Of a DNA stretch of 64,000 nucleotides, positions 29,314-43,930 are shown piece by piece (position 1 is the first letter of the stretch; every line of letters begins with the position of its first letter). The translations under genes were made by a program, and so were the position numbers. The notes below the pieces were generated by a model that had not been told where the DNA came from, did no database searches, and worked only from the letters and a program-made list of their open reading frames with translations. This DNA comes from an uncultured Chloroflexia bacterium. Its GTDB lineage: Bacteria; Chloroflexota; Limnocylindria; Limnocylindrales; CSP1-4. The stretch covers positions 64,001 to 128,000 of the forward strand of contig CAWHXD010000007.1 of assembly GCA_963833225.1 (NCBI GenBank). Direction: 5' to 3'.

Positions 29314-30114
29314 CTACCCTGTCTGGTCCGCCCGCTGCCACCACCGCACCGTCGCCGCGAGGCCGAGGAGCGCGGTGACCACGACGATCGCGACGCCGCC
29401 GGCGGTCACGGCCTCGGCATCGGGGCCGCCCGCGCCCGACACGATGGCGGGGACTGACCACGGGAACCACGCACCCCAGCCGAGGACCGCGAGGATCTGG
29501 GCGAGGAAGACCGCGAACACGGCCCAGGCGAGGCCCGGGAGATACCCGCGACCGAGGCCCGCGAAGAAGGCGGTGTACGACTGCAAGGCGATCGTCAGGA
29601 CCGCGGCTGCGGCAGCTCCCGCCAGGCCGCGCAGCACGATCTCGCCTGACCATCCGGGCAGGCCGACCGACGCGTCGATGGCGAACCCGATCGCGAGCGC
29701 GAGGATGAGCACCCAGCCCACGATCGCGAGGGACCAGATCGATCCCACGGCGATCTTGGCGAGAACGATCGCCGAGCGCGAGGTGGGGCAGGCGACAAGA
29801 TCCCGCACCGTTCGGTCCGCGAACTCCCGTCCGAAGAGCCAGGCAAAGAGGAACGCGAACAGGATCGCGCCCCCGATCGCGACGGCCTGGGAGATGAGCG
29901 CCACGAATGTCGGCCAGTCGGCCGTCCCCGCGGCCAGCTGCGCCTTGGCGCCCAGCAGGCCAAGCTGACGCGCCCGGTCGGGGTCCTTGAGGATGAGCAT
30001 GAACAGGCCGCCGACCACCGGGGCCAGGGAGAAGCCGGCGGCGATCGTCCAGGGCACCCTCGATCGGCGTGCCTTGAGCAGCTCCACGGCCAGGGCGCCT
30101 CCGAATCCGTTCAT
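29314..30114 (-). CDS. ABC transporter permease (bacitracin/lantibiotic-resistance type)
   Basis: ELLKARRS, FGREFADRT, multi-TM. Confidence 0.85.
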   Translation of the reverse strand: MNGFGGALAVELLKARRSRVPWTIAAGFSLAPVVGGLFMLILKDPDRARQLGLLGAKAQLAAGTADWPTFVALISQAVAIGGAILFAFLFAWLFGREFADRTVRDLVACPTSRSAIVLAKIAVGSIWSLAIVGWVLILALAIGFAIDASVGLPGWSGEIVLRGLAGAAAAAVLTIALQSYTAFFAGLGRGYLPGLAWAVFAVFLAQILAVLGWGAWFPWSVPAIVSGAGGPDAEAVTAGGVAIVVVTALLGLAATVRWWQRADQTG

Positions 30115-31085
30115 GCGGCGGCCCCGGCCCGGTCATGCGGGCGGCTCGGCTCGGGCGCAGCACCCGGCTGGGCGGTGAGCCGCATGAAGTGGTCCTCGAG
30201 CGTCTCGCGCCCGAGCGCGAGATGCGTTGGCGGCGAACCGGCCTCGACCAGGATCCTGGCGATCTCGTCCGGCGCGGCGATGGCCCGTGGCTCGCGGAGC
30301 TCGAGGAAGGCTCCGTCGGGGCGTCGTCGCTCAGGGAGGAAGCCCGCCTTCCGCAGCGCGGCCTCGCCGGCGGCAGGGTCGCGCACGCCGATCTCGAGCC
30401 GTACGTCCCGGTGCCGCTCGAGCGCCTCGCTGTCGAGCTCCTCGATGAGCCGTCCGCGATGGATGATGCCGATGCGCGTGGCGAGGCGATCGACCTCGGC
30501 GAGGATATGGCTCGAGATGAACACCGTCATGCCGCGTCGCTGCGTGAGCTCGTGGAGGAGGCCCCGGACCTCGACGACGCCGGCCGGATCGAGCCCGTTC
30601 GCGGGCTCGTCGAGGATGAGCAGCTCGGGCTCGTGGAGGAGCGCGCGGGCAAGGGACAGTCGCTGCAGGTTGCCGAGCGACAGGGTCCCGGCCCGGCGGT
30701 CGGCGTACTCGTCGAGCCTGAGCTGCTCGATCAGGCGCTGGATCGATGCCCGATCCTCCACGCCCTGCAGGCGCCGGGCGACCTCGAGGTTCTCGCGGAC
30801 GGTCAGCTCCGGATACGCGGTGGCGCTCTCGACGAGGTGGCCGACGCGACGCCACACGGCCGGAGCCTCGGCACGCACCTGTTCCCCGAACAGCTCGGCG
30901 TGGCCGGCCGTCGGCGCGATCATCCCGAGCAGCATCCGGATGGTGGTCGATTTGCCCGCTCCGTTCGGGCCGAGGAACCCGTAGATCTCTCCTCGGGCGA
31001 CCCGCAGGTCCACGCCGTCGACGGCCAGGACGTCGCCACGGAAGCGCTTCGTGAGCGCATGGGTCGCGACCGCTAGCTCGCTCAT
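30111..31085 (-). CDS. ABC transporter ATP-binding protein (BcrA-like)
   Basis: GPNGAGKST, LSLGNLQR, LDEPANGLD, SSHIL. Confidence 0.93.
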   Translation of the reverse strand: MSELAVATHALTKRFRGDVLAVDGVDLRVARGEIYGFLGPNGAGKSTTIRMLLGMIAPTAGHAELFGEQVRAEAPAVWRRVGHLVESATAYPELTVRENLEVARRLQGVEDRASIQRLIEQLRLDEYADRRAGTLSLGNLQRLSLARALLHEPELLILDEPANGLDPAGVVEVRGLLHELTQRRGMTVFISSHILAEVDRLATRIGIIHRGRLIEELDSEALERHRDVRLEIGVRDPAAGEAALRKAGFLPERRRPDGAFLELREPRAIAAPDEIARILVEAGSPPTHLALGRETLEDHFMRLTAQPGAAPEPSRPHDRAGAAA

Positions 31086-31696
31086 CGGGATCCATCTCCT
31101 CGATACCCGAGCCCGCGGAGGATGAACGCGTTGAGCTCGGAGGTGACCTCCTTGACGCCGGTCTCATGACCGACCAGGTCGTGGAGCGACGTGAACGTCG
31201 CGAGGACGAAGCCCGCGGCCAGGTGTGCGTCCTGGTGGGCGAACTGCCCCTCGGCGATGCCGTCAGCGACGATCGACTCGACCGTGGCGATCACCCGGAC
31301 GAGGATCCGTTCCGTGAGCCGGTCGTGGATCGCGCGGTTCTCGGGCCGATGGTAGACGTCGATGAGCTCGCGCTCGTTCGGGTCGGTGCCGACCTGGCCG
31401 ACGGATTGCCCGAGGGCGAGCAGGCGCTCAACGGGGGACAGATCCGGCGTGGCGGCGGCCGTCTCGAAGACCCCGACGACGCCATCAACGACGCGCTCGG
31501 CGACCGCATCGACCACGTCGTCCTTGCTCTTGAAGTACAGGTAGAAGGTGCCCTTCGCGACGCCTGCCGCCTCGACGATGTCGTCCACCGACGAGGCGGC
31601 GACGCCCTTGGCCATGAATACGCCGAGGGCCGCGTCCACGAGGGCTCCGGCGCGAGACTCACGGCGCTCAGCCGACCTTGCTGAAGTGGTAGCCAC
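31082..31696 (-). CDS. TetR/AcrR family regulator
   Basis: SVDDIVEAAGVAKGTFYLYFKSK. Confidence 0.92.
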   Translation of the reverse strand: MATTSARSAERRESRAGALVDAALGVFMAKGVAASSVDDIVEAAGVAKGTFYLYFKSKDDVVDAVAERVVDGVVGVFETAAATPDLSPVERLLALGQSVGQVGTDPNERELIDVYHRPENRAIHDRLTERILVRVIATVESIVADGIAEGQFAHQDAHLAAGFVLATFTSLHDLVGHETGVKEVTSELNAFILRGLGYRGDGSR

Positions 31697-31709
31697 TCAA
31701 CACCTTAGG

Positions 31710-31730
31710 TATGACTGACGGTCAGTCATA
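31710..31730. promoter_or_regulatory. TetR operator palindrome
   Basis: Perfect TATGACTGAC-G-GTCAGTCATA just upstream of the tetR start. Confidence 0.8.
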
Positions 31731-31770
31731 TTACCACGGAGACTCGGTTCCAGGGATCGGCGGCCCAGGA

Positions 31771-32403
31771 TCAGGCGGCGGGCTCGACCGAGCGTCCGGG
31801 GCCGTTGGTGTTGTTCGCGAGCAGGACCACCGCGCCGCAGATGAGGGACATGAGCGCGAGGATCGCGATGCCGTAGGCGGCCACGCTTCCGTAGCCGCCG
31901 TTGGCAGGGTTGATGAACGGATACGGATACCAGTCGACGAGCGCGCCACGGACCAGCGTGTAGACAATCCACACGGCGGGATAGCTCAACCAGAGCAGAC
32001 CCCTTCGGAATGTCAGGCGCGCCGCCGGGGCATCGAACAGCCAGTCCACGACGATCACGATGGGCATCAGCTCATGGACGACCGTGTTCACCCAGGGGAT
32101 CGCCGTGTCGACGTCGGTGCCCGAGAGCAGGAGGGTGAACACGATGGCGGTCACGCTCATGTAGACGACCGCACCGCCGCGCACGAGGTCGAGGGCGGCG
32201 GATCTCCCGCTCCGCCATCGCGCCGCTCCCACCAGCAGGGCGACCGTGGCGATCAGGTTGCTCTGGATCGTGAAGTAGCTGAAGTAGTTGACCGGGTTCA
32301 GCACGCCTCGGTCCGCGAGATCGAGCAGCTGGACCACGATCGCGACCACCGCCAACAGGCCGAACCCAAGGCGGCACGTGGCGATGGCCAGGCGCCGATT
32401 CAT
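31771..32403 (-). CDS. Pr6Pr (FAR-17a/AIG1-like) membrane protein
   Basis: YFTIQSN, VVHELMP, WYPYPFI. Confidence 0.8.
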   Translation of the reverse strand: MNRRLAIATCRLGFGLLAVVAIVVQLLDLADRGVLNPVNYFSYFTIQSNLIATVALLVGAARWRSGRSAALDLVRGGAVVYMSVTAIVFTLLLSGTDVDTAIPWVNTVVHELMPIVIVVDWLFDAPAARLTFRRGLLWLSYPAVWIVYTLVRGALVDWYPYPFINPANGGYGSVAAYGIAILALMSLICGAVVLLANNTNGPGRSVEPAA

Positions 32404-32570
32404 GGCGCGGAGTCTAGCAGCGAGCAAACGTGCCACAAACGGTGCAGGCGCTCGCTGCGCCCGGCGAGCACCGCCGCAGCCAACGACATCGCGCTGTCCC
32501 TGGACCCCAACTGTCAGGCAATCATCCAACGGGCTCGTCGAGGCCGTGAGCCAGGCGCTACGATGCGGCA

Positions 32571-33101
32571 ATGATCGATCTCGTGCTCACGCTCATCGGT
32601 CCGGACCATCCCGGCATCGTCGACTCCGTGTCGGAGGTCGTCGCCGCCCACGGCGGCAACTGGCTTGAGAGCCGGATGGCGCACCTCGCGGGCAAGTTTG
32701 CCGGCGTGCTGTGCGTGGAGGTCGCCGACGAGCGGGTGGTGGCGCTCGAGGAGGCGCTCGCCCGTCTCGAGGTCAGCGGGCTCACGGTTGTCGTCGAGCG
32801 GAGCGCGCCCGCCGAGGTTCCCCGACCCCATGCGATGGAGATCGAGCTGCTCGGCCTCGACCGGCCCGGACTGGTCCACGAGGTCTCGGCCCTGCTCGCC
32901 GCGAACGGGGTCAACGTCGAGGAGCTCGACACCGATCGCCCCCCGGCCGCCCACTCCGGCGACCAGATGTTCCACGCCCACATCCGCGTGATCATCCCCG
33001 AGACCGTGGACGTGGCTGCCATCCGCCACGGCATGGAGCGCCTCGCTGGCGACCTGATGGTGGAGATCCGGCTCGCCGAGCCCCTGGGCACCCCGCGCTG
33101 A
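32571..33101 (+). CDS. Double-ACT-domain protein, GcvR-like
   Basis: GPDHPGIV...GGNWLESRM; GLDRPGLV...GVNVEEL. Confidence 0.85.
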   Translation: MIDLVLTLIGPDHPGIVDSVSEVVAAHGGNWLESRMAHLAGKFAGVLCVEVADERVVALEEALARLEVSGLTVVVERSAPAEVPRPHAMEIELLGLDRPGLVHEVSALLAANGVNVEELDTDRPPAAHSGDQMFHAHIRVIIPETVDVAAIRHGMERLAGDLMVEIRLAEPLGTPR

Positions 33102-33158
33102 ATCTGCGCCTCGGTCGCCTGGCCCCGACCATCAAGACCTCGACCACGTCCGCGGTCG

Positions 33159-34139
33159 TCAGGCTCGCTTCGCCCGATCCCCATCCTCGAAGACGGCCTG
33201 GCGCGGGCGTTCCCGGCGCACGGTCAAGGCGAACACGTCGGGTCGGCTGTAATGGCCCGCAGCATCGAGGGTCCGGTGGGCGCGGTCCGCGGTTGCCGGG
33301 TCGCAGTCCGCGTAGAGGATCCCGTGTTCCCCGCGCAGAGGGCCCGCGACCACCGCGCCGCCGGGCGCGACGATCACGGAGTCGCCGGGGTTCAGCCACT
33401 CGTCGGGATCGGGATACAGGCGGCCCCGCTCGGGGAACGAGTCCGGGATGTCGCGGGCCTGCCATGAGCAGCCGGCCCCAAGAACCCAGCAGCGCCCCTC
33501 GGCCGCGACGTGGCGCATCGTCGCGACCCACGTGTCGCCCTCATCCCAGGTCGGTGCGACGTACAGCTGGATGCCTTGGGCGTACAGGGCGAAGCGCGCG
33601 AGCGGCATGTAGTTCTCCCAGCACACGAGTCCGCCCACCCGGCCCAGGGGCGTGTCGACGACCCGCAACCCGGCCGCGTCGCCGGGACCCCAGACCATCC
33701 GCTCCGGGTTTGTCGGGACCAGCTTGCGGTGGACGTTGAGGACGACCCCGTCCGGCCCGATCGTGACCATCGTGTTGTAGAGGGTGGCGCGCGAGTACGC
33801 CCCGTCGCGTTCGTGGATACCGATGACCACGACGACGTCTCGCTCCCGGGCGGCCTCCTGGATTGCGGAGAGGTCGCCAGCGCCGAGGTCGACAGCGGCG
33901 GCCAGCAGTCGTGCGTGCAACTCCTGGGCCAAGGCGTAGTCGTCGCCGGGTCGGAGGCGCCAGATGTACTCGGGGTATCCAGGGACGTAGGTCTCGGGGA
34001 ACACGACGAGGCCGGCACCCGCGTCGGCGGCCTCGTGCAGGGCGGCGACGGCCCGCTCGATGGTCGCCACGCGGTCGAGCGCGACGGGCGGGCGCTGGAC
34101 CACCGCGACCCGATGTCGCCCGGTGTCGGTGTCGGTCAT
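33159..34139 (-). CDS. Nitrilase (carbon-nitrogen hydrolase)
   Basis: E-K-C triad: FPE, HRKLVPT, CWENYMP. Confidence 0.92.
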   Translation of the reverse strand: MTDTDTGRHRVAVVQRPPVALDRVATIERAVAALHEAADAGAGLVVFPETYVPGYPEYIWRLRPGDDYALAQELHARLLAAAVDLGAGDLSAIQEAARERDVVVVIGIHERDGAYSRATLYNTMVTIGPDGVVLNVHRKLVPTNPERMVWGPGDAAGLRVVDTPLGRVGGLVCWENYMPLARFALYAQGIQLYVAPTWDEGDTWVATMRHVAAEGRCWVLGAGCSWQARDIPDSFPERGRLYPDPDEWLNPGDSVIVAPGGAVVAGPLRGEHGILYADCDPATADRAHRTLDAAGHYSRPDVFALTVRRERPRQAVFEDGDRAKRA

Positions 34140-34301
34140 GCTCGGTGCCTCGTGTAGCGATGGGGGCCGGTACGAGGGTCTACGGTCGTGCAATCCTATG
34201 ACCCGCGCGCAACGCGCCGGCTGAAGGCCCTCGACTCGCGCGCATCGCACCTGGTCGCCGAACAAGTCGATGCACTCGATCGTTCGGCGCGACGCGATCC
34301 G

Positions 34302-38137
<3,836 letters not shown>

Positions 38138-38309
38138 AGGGTCCTGTGGCGCGCCACGCGGCGCGGTCTGGCGGAGGTCGGCGGGTGCGGCGCACGACCA
38201 ACGGGGGGAGGTCGTGCCCCGGAGCTCGGGGACTCCTCTGACCATCGGCCGAGCAGCCTCGTCCGTCCACCGCCCGATTCGCCCATGCAGGCCCGTCGAT
38301 AGGCCTACG

Positions 38310-38489
38310 GCCCGCCACGCCTACGCTCGCGACATCGAAGCGGGTCTCCGGCCTGCCGGGACCTCCTGGGATCTGAAGAGACGGTTCGCACCCCGACCGA
38401 GGGAGCCCCGCGAGCCCGCCGAGTTCCTGCGCGACCCGGATGGGCACTGCGTCGAGATCGTGGCGAAGGTGGGACTCGCGGCCGGGTGA
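38310..38489 (+). pseudogene. Possible VOC/glyoxalase C-terminal fragment
   Basis: FLRDPDGHCVEIV motif with no recognisable N-terminal half; start approximate. Confidence 0.4.
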
Positions 38490-38690
38490 CGTTGGACGAT
38501 GGCACTGGTGACGCGTCAGGTCGCGCCTGCCGCCATCTCAGTCCAGGTCCTGGCTGACCCCAACCGTCATCCGCCACCGGCGAGGCGGTCCTTCACGCGT
38601 CGGGACTATCCTTCGTGCGCAACGGGGCGCCCGGGACCGCGCGACGGAGACGGCGGACTGGCCGATGGCTTCCCGTCAGGAGGCGACGTC

Positions 38691-38924
38691 ATGGCCATCG
38701 AGTCGGCGCGCTGCCCGGACTGTGGTCAGGATCTGCACGGCGACGGGCCGTGCCCTCCGCGGCCGCTGCCCGAGATCGAGATCCTGGTCTCCGGGCCCTG
38801 CAAATGCCTGCCCGAGCCCCAGGGCGACTGGGTCGCATGCGCCCACTGCGGGCTGCCGCAGCTGCCGGGCAAGGCGTTCTGCAGCTTCTGCGGGCACCGG
38901 TGGCTGACGGCATCGGCGGGCTGA
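38691..38924 (+). CDS. Small Cys-rich zinc-ribbon protein
   Basis: AGGAGG RBS; CPDC, CKC, CAHC, CSFC in 77 aa. Confidence 0.75.
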   Translation: MAIESARCPDCGQDLHGDGPCPPRPLPEIEILVSGPCKCLPEPQGDWVACAHCGLPQLPGKAFCSFCGHRWLTASAG

Positions 38925-38975
38925 GCCGGCTCCGCGGGCATCGGCCCCCGGGAACTCGCCGATGCCCTGACGCCC

Positions 38976-40052
38976 GTGCCTGAGCGGACCCGCCTGCACG
39001 AGGCGACCCTGGATCCTGCGGTGTTCGGCCCGACCGCGACCGGGTTCCGGCGCTCGAAACACCTGGGACGATCCTGCCTGCGCTTCGACGACGGGCTACT
39101 GACGCCGACGCTGCCCGATGTCGTACTGGCCGACGGCGTCGTGGAGGTCGACCTGGCGGTCACGCGGGAGCGCGCGTTCCACGGGGTCGCCTGGCGTGTC
39201 CAGGGCAGCGAGGACTTCGAGTCATTCTTCGTCCGGCCGCACCAGGTCGGCAACCCTGACGCCGTCCAGTACACGCCGGTCAACCACGGGATCTCCAGTT
39301 GGCAGCTCTACCACGGGCCAGGGTTCTGGGCGCCGGTCGCCTTCCCGATCGAGGCATGGTTCACGATCCGGGTCGCGTTCTCGGGCCCGCGCGCCGACGT
39401 GTACGTGGGCGACCTGTCGACGCCCGCCCTGCGGATCGTCGAGCTCAAGCGGCCTCCGGCTGCGGGCGGCGTCGGCCTTCTCGTCGGCGGAGCCGGTCTG
39501 CGCGTCGCCCGCCTTGCCTGGAGCTCGGAGCGGCCCATCCTGGCCGAGCTGGTGCGCCCGCCCGAGTCGGCGCACCCGGATGCCATCCGCGGCTGGGAGA
39601 TCTCCGATCCGTTCTCCGAGGATGAGGTCGCCGGCGTGGCGCAACTGCCGCCCGGCGTCGTCGCCGGGCGAAGCTGGGCGCCATTCGTCGCCGAGCCGTC
39701 CGGCCTGCTGGACCTGTCCCGCGCACACGGGATCCGCGATGGACGGAACACCGTCCTGGTGCGCACGACCGTCCATGCGACCGTCGCCCAGGTCGCTCCG
39801 CTGAGGCTCGGCTTCAGCGATCGCGCCGTGGCGTTCCTCAACGGGCAGGCGCTGTTCCGGGGCGACGACTCTTATCGATCGAGGGACTACCGGTTCCTGG
39901 GCAGCATCGGTTACTGGGACACGGTCTATCTGCCCTTGCGAGCCGGCGCCAACGACCTGGTGATCGCGGTCTCGGAGGACCTCGGCGGCTGGGGGGTCCA
40001 GGCCCGGATCGACAAGGTGGCCGGCCCCGCGGCGGGCGAGGCCTCCGCGTAG
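38976..40052 (+). CDS. Hypothetical beta-rich protein
   Basis: Long ORF with GC3-biased codons; no motif I can name. Confidence 0.7.
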   Translation: MPERTRLHEATLDPAVFGPTATGFRRSKHLGRSCLRFDDGLLTPTLPDVVLADGVVEVDLAVTRERAFHGVAWRVQGSEDFESFFVRPHQVGNPDAVQYTPVNHGISSWQLYHGPGFWAPVAFPIEAWFTIRVAFSGPRADVYVGDLSTPALRIVELKRPPAAGGVGLLVGGAGLRVARLAWSSERPILAELVRPPESAHPDAIRGWEISDPFSEDEVAGVAQLPPGVVAGRSWAPFVAEPSGLLDLSRAHGIRDGRNTVLVRTTVHATVAQVAPLRLGFSDRAVAFLNGQALFRGDDSYRSRDYRFLGSIGYWDTVYLPLRAGANDLVIAVSEDLGGWGVQARIDKVAGPAAGEASA

Positions 40053-40061
40053 CGTGCCGGT

Positions 40062-41346
40062 CTACTCCGCGTGGTCCGGGCCTCGTCCCCGGCCGAGGGC
40101 CACGAGCGCGATCCCGCTGCCCATCGCCAGCAGCGCATTCCCGTACATCGCCACCGTCAGGCCGACGGTCACGGACAGCAAGCCCATCGCGGGCGGGTAG
40201 ATCGTCGATCCGACGACCGCCATGCCAGCCAGCGATCCGCCGACGGCCGCCGAGCGCTGGGGATACCGGTCGCCGCCGAGGGCGACGATCATCGGGAACA
40301 CGGGACCCGACGCCACGCCGGCCGCGGCGAAGGCGGCGATCGACAGGGGCAGCGAGGGCGCCGCGACCGCGACCACGATCAGGGCGGCCATGGCCAGGGT
40401 GCAGGCGATGGTGAACCGCCGGTGGTCGAAGCGGTCTGCGATGAATGCGGAGACGAGGCGCCCGACGGTCAGCCCCGCCCAGTAGAGCGACAGCGCCAGC
40501 GTGGCGGTGGCCAGGGGGGCCGCCTCAAGGAAGCGCACGATCCAGTTCGAGACGCCGATCTCCGCCGCCACGTACACCGCGATCGCGACCCCCAGCAGCA
40601 ACAGGGGACCCGCCAGCAGCGAGGGCCCGTCGTCGCGGTGCGGAACGTCCCCGCCCGCTGCGCCCGCGCTCGCAGGCGCCACCGAGCGCGCCCTCCGGCC
40701 GCCCGGCATGGGCACCAGGACATACGCGACCGCCAGCAGTGACAGGACGACACCAGTGCCGACCACCACGTTCTGCCAAGGGATGCCGCTCCCCACCAGC
40801 AGCCCCACGACGAGCGGCGCGGCAAGCGCCCCGACGCCAAACGACACGTGCAGCAGGCTCATCGCCTGCCCGCGGCCCTCGCGGTACACGTCGAGGACGA
40901 GCCCGTTCGCGCCACCGTCCAGGCAGCCGGTGCCGACGCCCAAGGTCATGGCCGCGAGCACGAATACCGGCCAGGCAGGGGCCAGGCCGAGTCCCGCCGC
41001 GCCGAGCCCGGTGACGATCACGGCGCCGCCGAGGACGAGGCGACGGCCCAGGCGCTCCGTGAGCGCACCACCGGCGAACGACCCGGACGCGTAGGCGATG
41101 GCGTGAGACCAGGTAGACGAACCCGATCCCGGCGTCGTCCTGTCCGAATCTCGCCTGGATCGATCGGATGAGCGACGGGATGAGCAGGCCGGACCAGCCG
41201 CAGGCGAGCAGGGTCACCCACGCGATCACGCCCGCCGCGAGGCGCGCTCGTGGGCGCTCGTGGCGGCCGGTGGGCGCGATGCCGCCGCCGGTGGGCGCCA
41301 TGCCGCCCGCGCGGGGGTCAGGACGCAGAACGGCGAAGAGAAGCAC
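40062..41346 (-). CDS. MFS transporter (frameshift near 41105)
   Basis: LIPSLIRSIQARF, then GALTERLGRR in the other frame; about 12 TMs; start uncertain. Confidence 0.8.
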
Positions 41347-41572
41347 GATGACCCGAGGGTACGTTCTGTCGGCGCGCCCAGGGAAGGGCGTTCCGGCCAT
41401 TCGCCGTGGTGGCGAGGCAGGCCCTGATCACGCGCGGCGCGCCGAGGCGTCAGCGGCGGACGGCGCCAGGGATCGCACCCATCCGCTCACCCTGCCCATT
41501 CGAACCGACCGACATGGAGCAGTGATGGAGCCCGCATGGGAATCGCGGGACTTGCGCTGGTACGCTCCGTCA

Positions 41573-42406
41573 ATGAAGACACCGACGGGCCGCACCGACC
41601 GATTCCATGCGCTTCACCGCGAGGGCTGCTTCGTCATGCCCAACCCCTGGGACGTGGGGAGCGCGCGCCTGCTGGCGGCCCTCGGCTTCAAGGCGCTGGC
41701 GACCACGAGCTCGGGGTTTGCGTGGACGCTTGGCAAGTCCGACAACCGGGTGACCCTCGACGAGGCGCTCGAACACCTGCGCGTGGTCGCCGCCTCGGTC
41801 GACGTCCCGGTCAACGCCGACTTCGAGGGCGGGTTCGCCGTCGAGCCCGACGCCATTGCGGCGAATGTCACGCGTGCCGCGGCGACGGGGATCGCCGGGC
41901 TATCGATCGAGGATTCGAGTGGCGATCCACAACGGCCGCTGTTTGACTTCGACCGTTCGGTCGCCCGAATTCGCGCCGCCCGGAGCGCGATCGACGATCA
42001 TGGCGGCGGGGTGCTGCTGACCGGCCGCTCGGAGGGGTACGTCGTGGGCCGGCCCAACCTGCCGGACACGATCCGCCGCCTGGAGGCCTACGCGGACGCG
42101 GGCGCCGACTGCCTCTACGCACCCCGGCTCGGGACCCTCGACGAGATCGCGGCGATCGTCCGGGCCGTCGCTCCGAAGCCGGTCAACGTCCTGGTCGGCA
42201 GCGATTTCACGACGGTGGCCGCGCTCGCGGACCTCGGCGTGCGGCGGATCAGCGTGGGCGGAGGACTTGCCCGGGTGGCGTGGGGCGCGTTCCTGGAGGC
42301 CGCGACGGAGATCGCCGATCGCGGGACGTTCACGGGGCTCACCCGCGGGATCCCCTTCGCGGAGATCGACGGAGCCTTCGCAGGGACTCCCGACTCGCGA
42401 TCCTGA
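41573..42406 (+). CDS. Isocitrate lyase/PEP mutase family protein
   Basis: PNPWDVGSAR, ATTSSG, VNADFEGG, IEDS, AGADCLY. Confidence 0.9.
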   Translation: MKTPTGRTDRFHALHREGCFVMPNPWDVGSARLLAALGFKALATTSSGFAWTLGKSDNRVTLDEALEHLRVVAASVDVPVNADFEGGFAVEPDAIAANVTRAAATGIAGLSIEDSSGDPQRPLFDFDRSVARIRAARSAIDDHGGGVLLTGRSEGYVVGRPNLPDTIRRLEAYADAGADCLYAPRLGTLDEIAAIVRAVAPKPVNVLVGSDFTTVAALADLGVRRISVGGGLARVAWGAFLEAATEIADRGTFTGLTRGIPFAEIDGAFAGTPDSRS

Positions 42407-42447
42407 GACCGAGGCCAGGGACCGGTCGAAGCCCTACCTCGTGATCT

Positions 42448-43093
42448 TCACCGCGTGATCTTCGTCTCCGGCTCGCGCCTGGCAATGAGGACCGCGTCGA
42501 TCGGCGCCGGGGCCTCCGACCCGGGACGGCGCATGGTCGCGGCGCGCATGACGCTGAACGCCGGCGGCAGATCGCTGGCGATCTCGGCGGGCGTGAACAG
42601 CACCTCGGGGTCCTGTGGGCCACCCACTCCGTCGACAAGGTTCGAGCGATCGTGTGCGACCACCAGCAGGGTGCCGCCGGGTGCCACCGCGGTCGCCGCG
42701 CGCGCATAGACCGCGCGTCGCTCGGCCGTTGGCAGGTGGATGAACATGAGGACGACGAGGTCGAACACCGCCGCCGGCGGCGTCCAGCTCGAGCAGGTCC
42801 TCTCGCAGCCACGTCACGTCCTGGCCCGAGGCCGCCGTGAGCGCTCGGCCGCGCTCGACGGCGACGGTCGAGAAGTCCACCGCGGTCACCCGCCAGCCGT
42901 GCGTCGCGAGCCAGCTGGCGTTGCGGCCGTCACCCGCGCCCAGGTCCAGCGCCGACCCCGGCGCCAGTGCCGTGGCCGTCTCGATGAGCGTGGGGTCGGC
43001 ATGCCGGGACTCGATTGGGTCGCGCGCCGCATGTCTGGCGTCCCACATCTCCGCTCGCGTGCGGTCGGCGCCCTCCGGCGTCTCCCGGCTCAT
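42448..43093 (-). CDS. Class I SAM-dependent methyltransferase (frameshift near 42785)
   Basis: ALDLGAGDGRN, VDFS, FDLV, PGGTLLVVAHD, GGPQDP. Confidence 0.85.
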
Positions 43094-43905
43094 GGCCGTC
43101 CCCGCCCGGGCTGTGCGTCGAGGTGGGCGCGGATCCTTCCGGCCATCGCGTCCTCCACCACCGTATCGGGATCGCGGAGACCCCCGAGGCCGGCCCGGAC
43201 ACCGACCAGGCTGGCATACAGCGGTGGGCACGTGGGGCAGGTCTCGAGATGCGTCTCGACCGCGGCCCGCGTGTCGGGATCCAGCTCGCCGTCGAGGTAG
43301 GCCGAGACGTGCCGTCGCGCCCGCCAGCAGCGCAGCGGCTGGGCGAGGCTCGCGAGGCGCCGTTCGTCCCCTTCGGCAAGGGCGCTCACCAGCATCATCC
43401 GTCCCCTTCGCAACCGCTGTTTCGTCGCCGGAAGGCCGGCATCCATGGCGTGCGCGATCTCCGGCGCCGTCCAGCCAACGACATCGTGGAGGACGACCGG
43501 CACCCGGTAGATGACGGGCAGGCGCGCCAGGGCGTCCTCGAGCTCGTCGTGCAGCTCGGCCCGCTCCAGCACGCGCTCCGGCGCCACCGAGTACTGGTCG
43601 TCACGCCAGTCGGCCTCCACGGCGTCGATGTCGAGCTCATCGCGATGGACGCGGGACCGGTCGATGACCCGGTTCACGAGGCTCCGCCGGAGCCACGCGG
43701 ACAGCGCCGCGGGATCGCGCAGCTGGTCCTGGCGACGCCACGCTCCAACGATCGTCTCCTGCGCGCAGTCTTCCGCCTGGTCCGCGTCACGGACCAGTCG
43801 GGTCGCGAGACGGACGAGCCTCGGAAGCTGGTCTGCAAGGGCCGCGGCAAAGGCGTCGGCGCTGGGTCGGTCTTCGCGGGCTGGCGGGGTCGCGGCTGGG
43901 GTCAT
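43090..43905 (-). CDS. ECF sigma factor with fused C-terminal zf-HC2 (ZAS) domain
   Basis: AEDCAQET, region 4 ATKQRLRRGR, then C...YLDGEL...HLETCPTC. Confidence 0.88.
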   Translation of the reverse strand: MTPAATPPAREDRPSADAFAAALADQLPRLVRLATRLVRDADQAEDCAQETIVGAWRRQDQLRDPAALSAWLRRSLVNRVIDRSRVHRDELDIDAVEADWRDDQYSVAPERVLERAELHDELEDALARLPVIYRVPVVLHDVVGWTAPEIAHAMDAGLPATKQRLRRGRMMLVSALAEGDERRLASLAQPLRCWRARRHVSAYLDGELDPDTRAAVETHLETCPTCPPLYASLVGVRAGLGGLRDPDTVVEDAMAGRIRAHLDAQPGRGRP

Positions 43906-43930
43906 CGGCAGGACACCGGCGTTTCTCCGA

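Noticed and set aside
38138-38300. c-di-AMP (ydaO) riboswitch expected upstream of a cell-wall hydrolase
   Set aside because: Consensus elements not seen
41264-41306. 21-bp tandem duplication near the MFS start
   Set aside because: Two imperfect copies in a low-complexity N-terminus; no evident significance
42440-42463. 10-bp direct repeat cgtgatcttc at the methyltransferase end
   Set aside because: Too short, with no associated element; not evidence of an insertion site
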